The notes beneath the pieces were generated by a model. The model saw only the letters and a list, made by a program, of their open reading frames with translations, made no database searches and was not told the origin of the DNA. A DNA stretch of 48,114 nucleotides. Source: an uncultured Saprospiraceae bacterium. GTDB taxonomy: Bacteria; Bacteroidota; Bacteroidia; Chitinophagales; Saprospiraceae. The stretch spans positions 1 to 48,114 of the forward strand of contig CAMZKG010000090.1 in the NCBI GenBank assembly GCA_947311105.1, given 5' to 3'. Positions 45,164 to 48,114 of the stretch are shown piece after piece; within the stretch, counting starts at the first letter, position 1, and every line of letters starts with the position of its first letter. Position numbers and translations under genes: made by a program.

Positions 45164-45370
45164 CAGACGACCACCGTTCGCTCCAATTCACAATCCCAAA
45201 AGCGAAATATGTACAGACGAACGGCCGTTCGTCTCCCCTGCCACAATACCAAAAGCGAAAAAAGCTCAGACGAACCACCGTTCGTCTCCCCACCACAATC
45301 CCAAAAGCGAAAAAAGCTCAGACGAACCACCGTTCGTCTCCCTACCACAATCCCAAAAGCGAAAAGCCAC
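45164..45370 (+). repeat. BIME-like tandem array: 4 units (50-53 bp) of palindrome plus conserved spacer
   Basis: Units start at 45164, 45214, 45267 and 45319. The consensus is CAGACGAAC(NNCC)GTTCGTCTCCCC-ACCACAATCCCAAAAGCGAAAAAAGCT. On the minus strand each unit reads 8-bp hairpin, then GAGC, then T6. The array fills the whole intergenic gap between two minus-strand genes. Confidence 0.92.
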
Positions 45371-45372
45371 CA

Positions 45373-46833
45373 CTAATACTCATAACACCCAACATCAGGC
45401 AAATTAACATCCCGCATCACCCCAATCAAATCATCTGCTACTCCAGAAATAGGAACTGCTTTTTGCTCCGCTATAGACAAGGTATCCAACTGATAATTTT
45501 GCTCATCCACATCCACAAATAATTTATCATCTCCAACACCATTAATACATGGATTACAATGATCGAAAAAATCAGGATAAGCATTCGCCTTCGTCAAATC
45601 CTTTACTCTAACGATAGAATTCCTTATCTCATAATCAAACCCTGCGGTCTCCCCATCAAACAACTCAATCTCATCTTTCTGAGAGCCAAACAAAATACAA
45701 TTATTAAATCTAGCATACATATCCCCATCATAATACTCCGAACAATCTTGATTCAAACATAGTAAATTAGCCAACCGCAATGCAGACTTTTCATTACCAT
45801 AATTCGCTACCGTACAGTAGTTTATGTCATAATTCCCCCCAAGCTCAAACTGCATCCCGTAGCCCCCATTATCCGCAAACAAACAATTAGTTGCCTTTAT
45901 TTTTGCGGTAACGCCTACCAAACCAGAACTTGCAGAGTTTCTAATCTCTACCTTATTAAGCGTCAAATCCACTGCCGAATCCGCCCGAATCCCTACTATT
46001 GAATTCAATATTTTTGCGTGTTCAATTTTTGCCGTAAGGCTACCCGTCGCATAGCGTATCCCCGCCCACTGACCAGGCACATCTACAAATTCTTCTTCCA
46101 AACGATCACCTTGAATAATCACAGGATCTCCATCCGTACCTTCCAACAATAAGCCCCCATTCGCCCCTACATATATAATTCCATCACTATAAACCACCGT
46201 ATCAGGACTCAACGCGACTCCCCCATGCACATATAATCGAGCACCTGGCGGCAATTTCAAAGTACAATCTTGAATCACCAAAACCCCATAAATCACATAA
46301 GGCTTGGAATCATCCCAAGTCTCCGTCCCAAAATCGCAGGAAAGCAGAGCGACACCACCTGCATTGTTATTCGAAGGAATATAATTAGCATTTTGCCCCC
46401 AAGCTTCAAGCACCACCGTTTGGCGACCACCATTCGTCTCAATAACTAGATTTTCATCCAAAACAAAAGGGCTAACAGACAAGGGCTGGTCAGGATCTAC
46501 TGTCACTTCCGCAAAAACATAAATGCTATCTTTCGGCCCTATTTCCACATCCGTCACTACGCCACCAGGAATACCGTCCACATTGATATTAAACTTAGAA
46601 TCCACACCAAGCTCCATATACAACTTACTTATTCTCACTGACTTATCTAATGGATTAAAGATTTTAAAGGATCTGGTCGCTGAGCCTACTTGCGTAAAAA
46701 CAGTATCAAACCGCAGCGTATCTTGCGAAAAATTAAGCGTAACAGCCCCCGTTTCAAATGTCTCTTTCGAGCAATTCGTAAAAAAGAAACTCAAAAAAAG
46801 ACCTACGGTAAAAATCGGTAATAACACCTTCAT
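45373..46833 (-). CDS. Lipoprotein with right-handed parallel beta-helix repeats (hypothetical)
   Basis: 486 aa. Lipobox FFTNC. PbH1-like repeats (ILNSIVGIRADSAVDLTLNKVEIRNSASSGLVGVTAKIKATNCLFADNGGYG). Confidence 0.7.
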   Translation of the reverse strand: MKVLLPIFTVGLFLSFFFTNCSKETFETGAVTLNFSQDTLRFDTVFTQVGSATRSFKIFNPLDKSVRISKLYMELGVDSKFNINVDGIPGGVVTDVEIGPKDSIYVFAEVTVDPDQPLSVSPFVLDENLVIETNGGRQTVVLEAWGQNANYIPSNNNAGGVALLSCDFGTETWDDSKPYVIYGVLVIQDCTLKLPPGARLYVHGGVALSPDTVVYSDGIIYVGANGGLLLEGTDGDPVIIQGDRLEEEFVDVPGQWAGIRYATGSLTAKIEHAKILNSIVGIRADSAVDLTLNKVEIRNSASSGLVGVTAKIKATNCLFADNGGYGMQFELGGNYDINYCTVANYGNEKSALRLANLLCLNQDCSEYYDGDMYARFNNCILFGSQKDEIELFDGETAGFDYEIRNSIVRVKDLTKANAYPDFFDHCNPCINGVGDDKLFVDVDEQNYQLDTLSIAEQKAVPISGVADDLIGVMRDVNLPDVGCYEY

Positions 46834-46979
46834 CAGCTGAATAATTTCAATGAAAAAAAATAACTGTTTAGCTGCCTATTTTCAGGCACAAAAAGGACAT
46901 TTTAGGACAAAAATAGACCGTCACCTAAATAGTTACAAAAAAAAGAACGAAGATACAACTTTTCTAGTCTACCTACGTA

Positions 46980-47011
46980 CAAAAAAAGTCTCGGAGTTAA
47001 AACCCCGAGAC
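46980..47011 (-). terminator. Orphan minus-strand intrinsic terminator
   Basis: Stem GTCTCGG/CCGAGAC (46988-46994 and 47005-47011). The minus strand reads hairpin then T7-8. No minus-strand ORF of 60 aa or more lies upstream of it for about 600 nt. Confidence 0.55.
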
Positions 47012-47586
47012 CCTATAGAGTATCTGTTTTTGATTTGTCCCAAAACAATCGCCAAAACCTTAAGGAACAAATTGAACGCTTTTCTCGAATAATTAGCTGG
47101 ATTTGCGGTCCGAACCGACTTCGTCGGTACTAATTCATTTGAGCGGAATGATTGATTATCATGGTAGTAATCTCTTACTTAGTTTCACTGATAATTGTAT
47201 CCTATTCGCTAAAGCGTCCCAAACAGATCAATACAAGTATGAATTGATAGTTGCAGTAACTTTTAGCTATACAGAAGAATATACGTCAAAATTGACACAT
47301 ATTTATTCAGGAAGAAAAAAATGGAAAGCTGACTACACACACTTTCTACTCTTCTGCAAAATACCACTAAAAATCACTACTGTTCTCCCGCAGCAAAGAT
47401 ATAACAAAAAACTATCATTTAATCACTCAATCTTTGCACACAATTTCCACAAAGTTTTCAACAAGACAAAAACCACACAACCACCTATTAACCTGTTTAT
47501 TACATATATGATAAAAATAATTGTTAATAACTACCTTAAATTTCAGCGTAATGCTTTACGGTGCTAAAACAGGTTGACTTCGATAC

Positions 47587-47676
47587 ATTTACTCATGGCT
47601 GTAAGTCGGGCATGTTGAACGAGTGGACTTGCAAATTAATTTGCAAGATGTAGAGACAAGCGAAGCGAGTATCGCC
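47587..47676 (-). repeat. 90-nt dispersed element, copy B (inverted relative to 17207-17296)
   Basis: See copy A. Contains the perfect palindrome CTTGCAAATTAATTTGCAAG (47629-47648). Confidence 0.8.
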
Positions 47677-47846
47677 ACATGAAAGGAACAGGGGCAAGGG
47701 CAAAAGGTACAGGGCTTCCCATAATGACCAATTAAAATTTCTTTTTGCTGACCTTTCTATACCGTTACACCCGTTACAGAAAGGGACACTTTGGTGGGGT
47801 CTCGCTAAAAAAGACAAGCAAAAATAAATTTTTTGTGCTAAGCAGG

Positions 47847-47874
47847 AAAACCCCTACGAGCCCTACGGGGTTTT
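47847..47874. terminator. Symmetric hairpin AAAACCCC-N12-GGGGTTTT (possible weak bidirectional terminator)
   Basis: 8-bp stem (4 GC plus 4 AT) with a 12-nt loop, located in an ORF-free region. Confidence 0.3.
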
Positions 47875-48034
47875 AGGTCCATCGCATATCTATTCTTTTC
47901 AAACTTCGATTCAGGCATTATCTTCTATTTCACACAACTTCGCCAAAAACATTACTTGTATAAAATAGAAAAAAGCCCGTGTTTATGGGGTTAATTGCTT
48001 CTTTTTTGCCAAAATAATGACCGAACCATTGAAC

Positions 48035-48065
48035 TGAACAATTGCACGCTTCCACAATTGAACAA
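48035..48065 (+). repeat. 31-nt CAATTG-rich motif, copy 2 (TGAACAATTGCACGCTTCCACAATTGAACAA)
   Basis: 30/31 identical to 20984-21014 in the same orientation. Confidence 0.8.
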
Positions 48066-48114
48066 ATATTCTAACACATTTCGCCAATCGTGACAAAAAT
48101 CACCAACTCCTACC

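Noticed and set aside
45164-45370. Possible CRISPR array (regularly spaced palindromic repeats)
   Set aside because: The whole 50-53-bp unit is conserved between copies, including the 'spacer'. There are only four units, no unique spacers and no cas genes. It fits a BIME/REP-like tandem element better.
47103-47567. 154-aa plus-strand ORF (TTG start), with 80-aa (46850-47092) and 74-aa (47593-47817) neighbours
   Set aside because: They have no recognisable motifs and an unconvincing, K/I/F/T-rich composition. The 80-aa ORF runs through a terminator hairpin and the 74-aa ORF is laid over the 90-nt repeat. They are treated as non-coding pending homology evidence.

Overview
This 48.1-kb window looks like a chromosomal segment of a gliding Bacteroidota bacterium, possibly Saprospiraceae or Cytophagia-like. 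That taxonomic guess rests only on gene content and is not verified. I recognised no rRNA, tRNA, CRISPR array, transposase or integrase.

Coding content:
- Housekeeping genes: uvrA, rpoN, coaD, metK, nth, an MscS channel, a TrmH-family methyltransferase and a FAH-family hydrolase.
- Envelope and T9SS genes: gldC, a TonB-dependent receptor with a DUF4249-like lipoprotein, OmpH/Skp, and four T9SS cargo proteins.
- The T9SS cargo are a leucine-rich-repeat protein, a 2135-aa type-B-CTD giant, a PGRP-type amidase and a GH25 muramidase.
- A LytTR-type two-component system sits at the left edge.

The most unusual content is non-genic:
1. A REP/BIME-like 20-bp palindrome family (AGACGAAC-NNCC-GTTCGTCT) has at least 8 copies. 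These include a 4-unit tandem array and two in-frame copies inside a lipoprotein gene.
2. A 15-unit tandem array of a 17-18-bp motif lies directly upstream of the giant T9SS gene.
3. The palindromic octamer TTGCGCAA (extended form TTTTGCGCAAGC) is strongly over-represented.
4. Further dispersed repeats are present: a 90-nt element and a 31-nt CAATTG-rich motif.
5. A 1.3-kb ORF-poor region lies at the right end.

The best candidate for a functional system is a tightly packed operon of amidase, small lipoprotein and GH25 muramidase. It may be a T9SS-exported bacteriolytic module with a candidate immunity protein.

Two genes appear to need a non-canonical (ATC) start codon.

All calls come from reading the sequence and ORF translations by eye. 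No searches were run.
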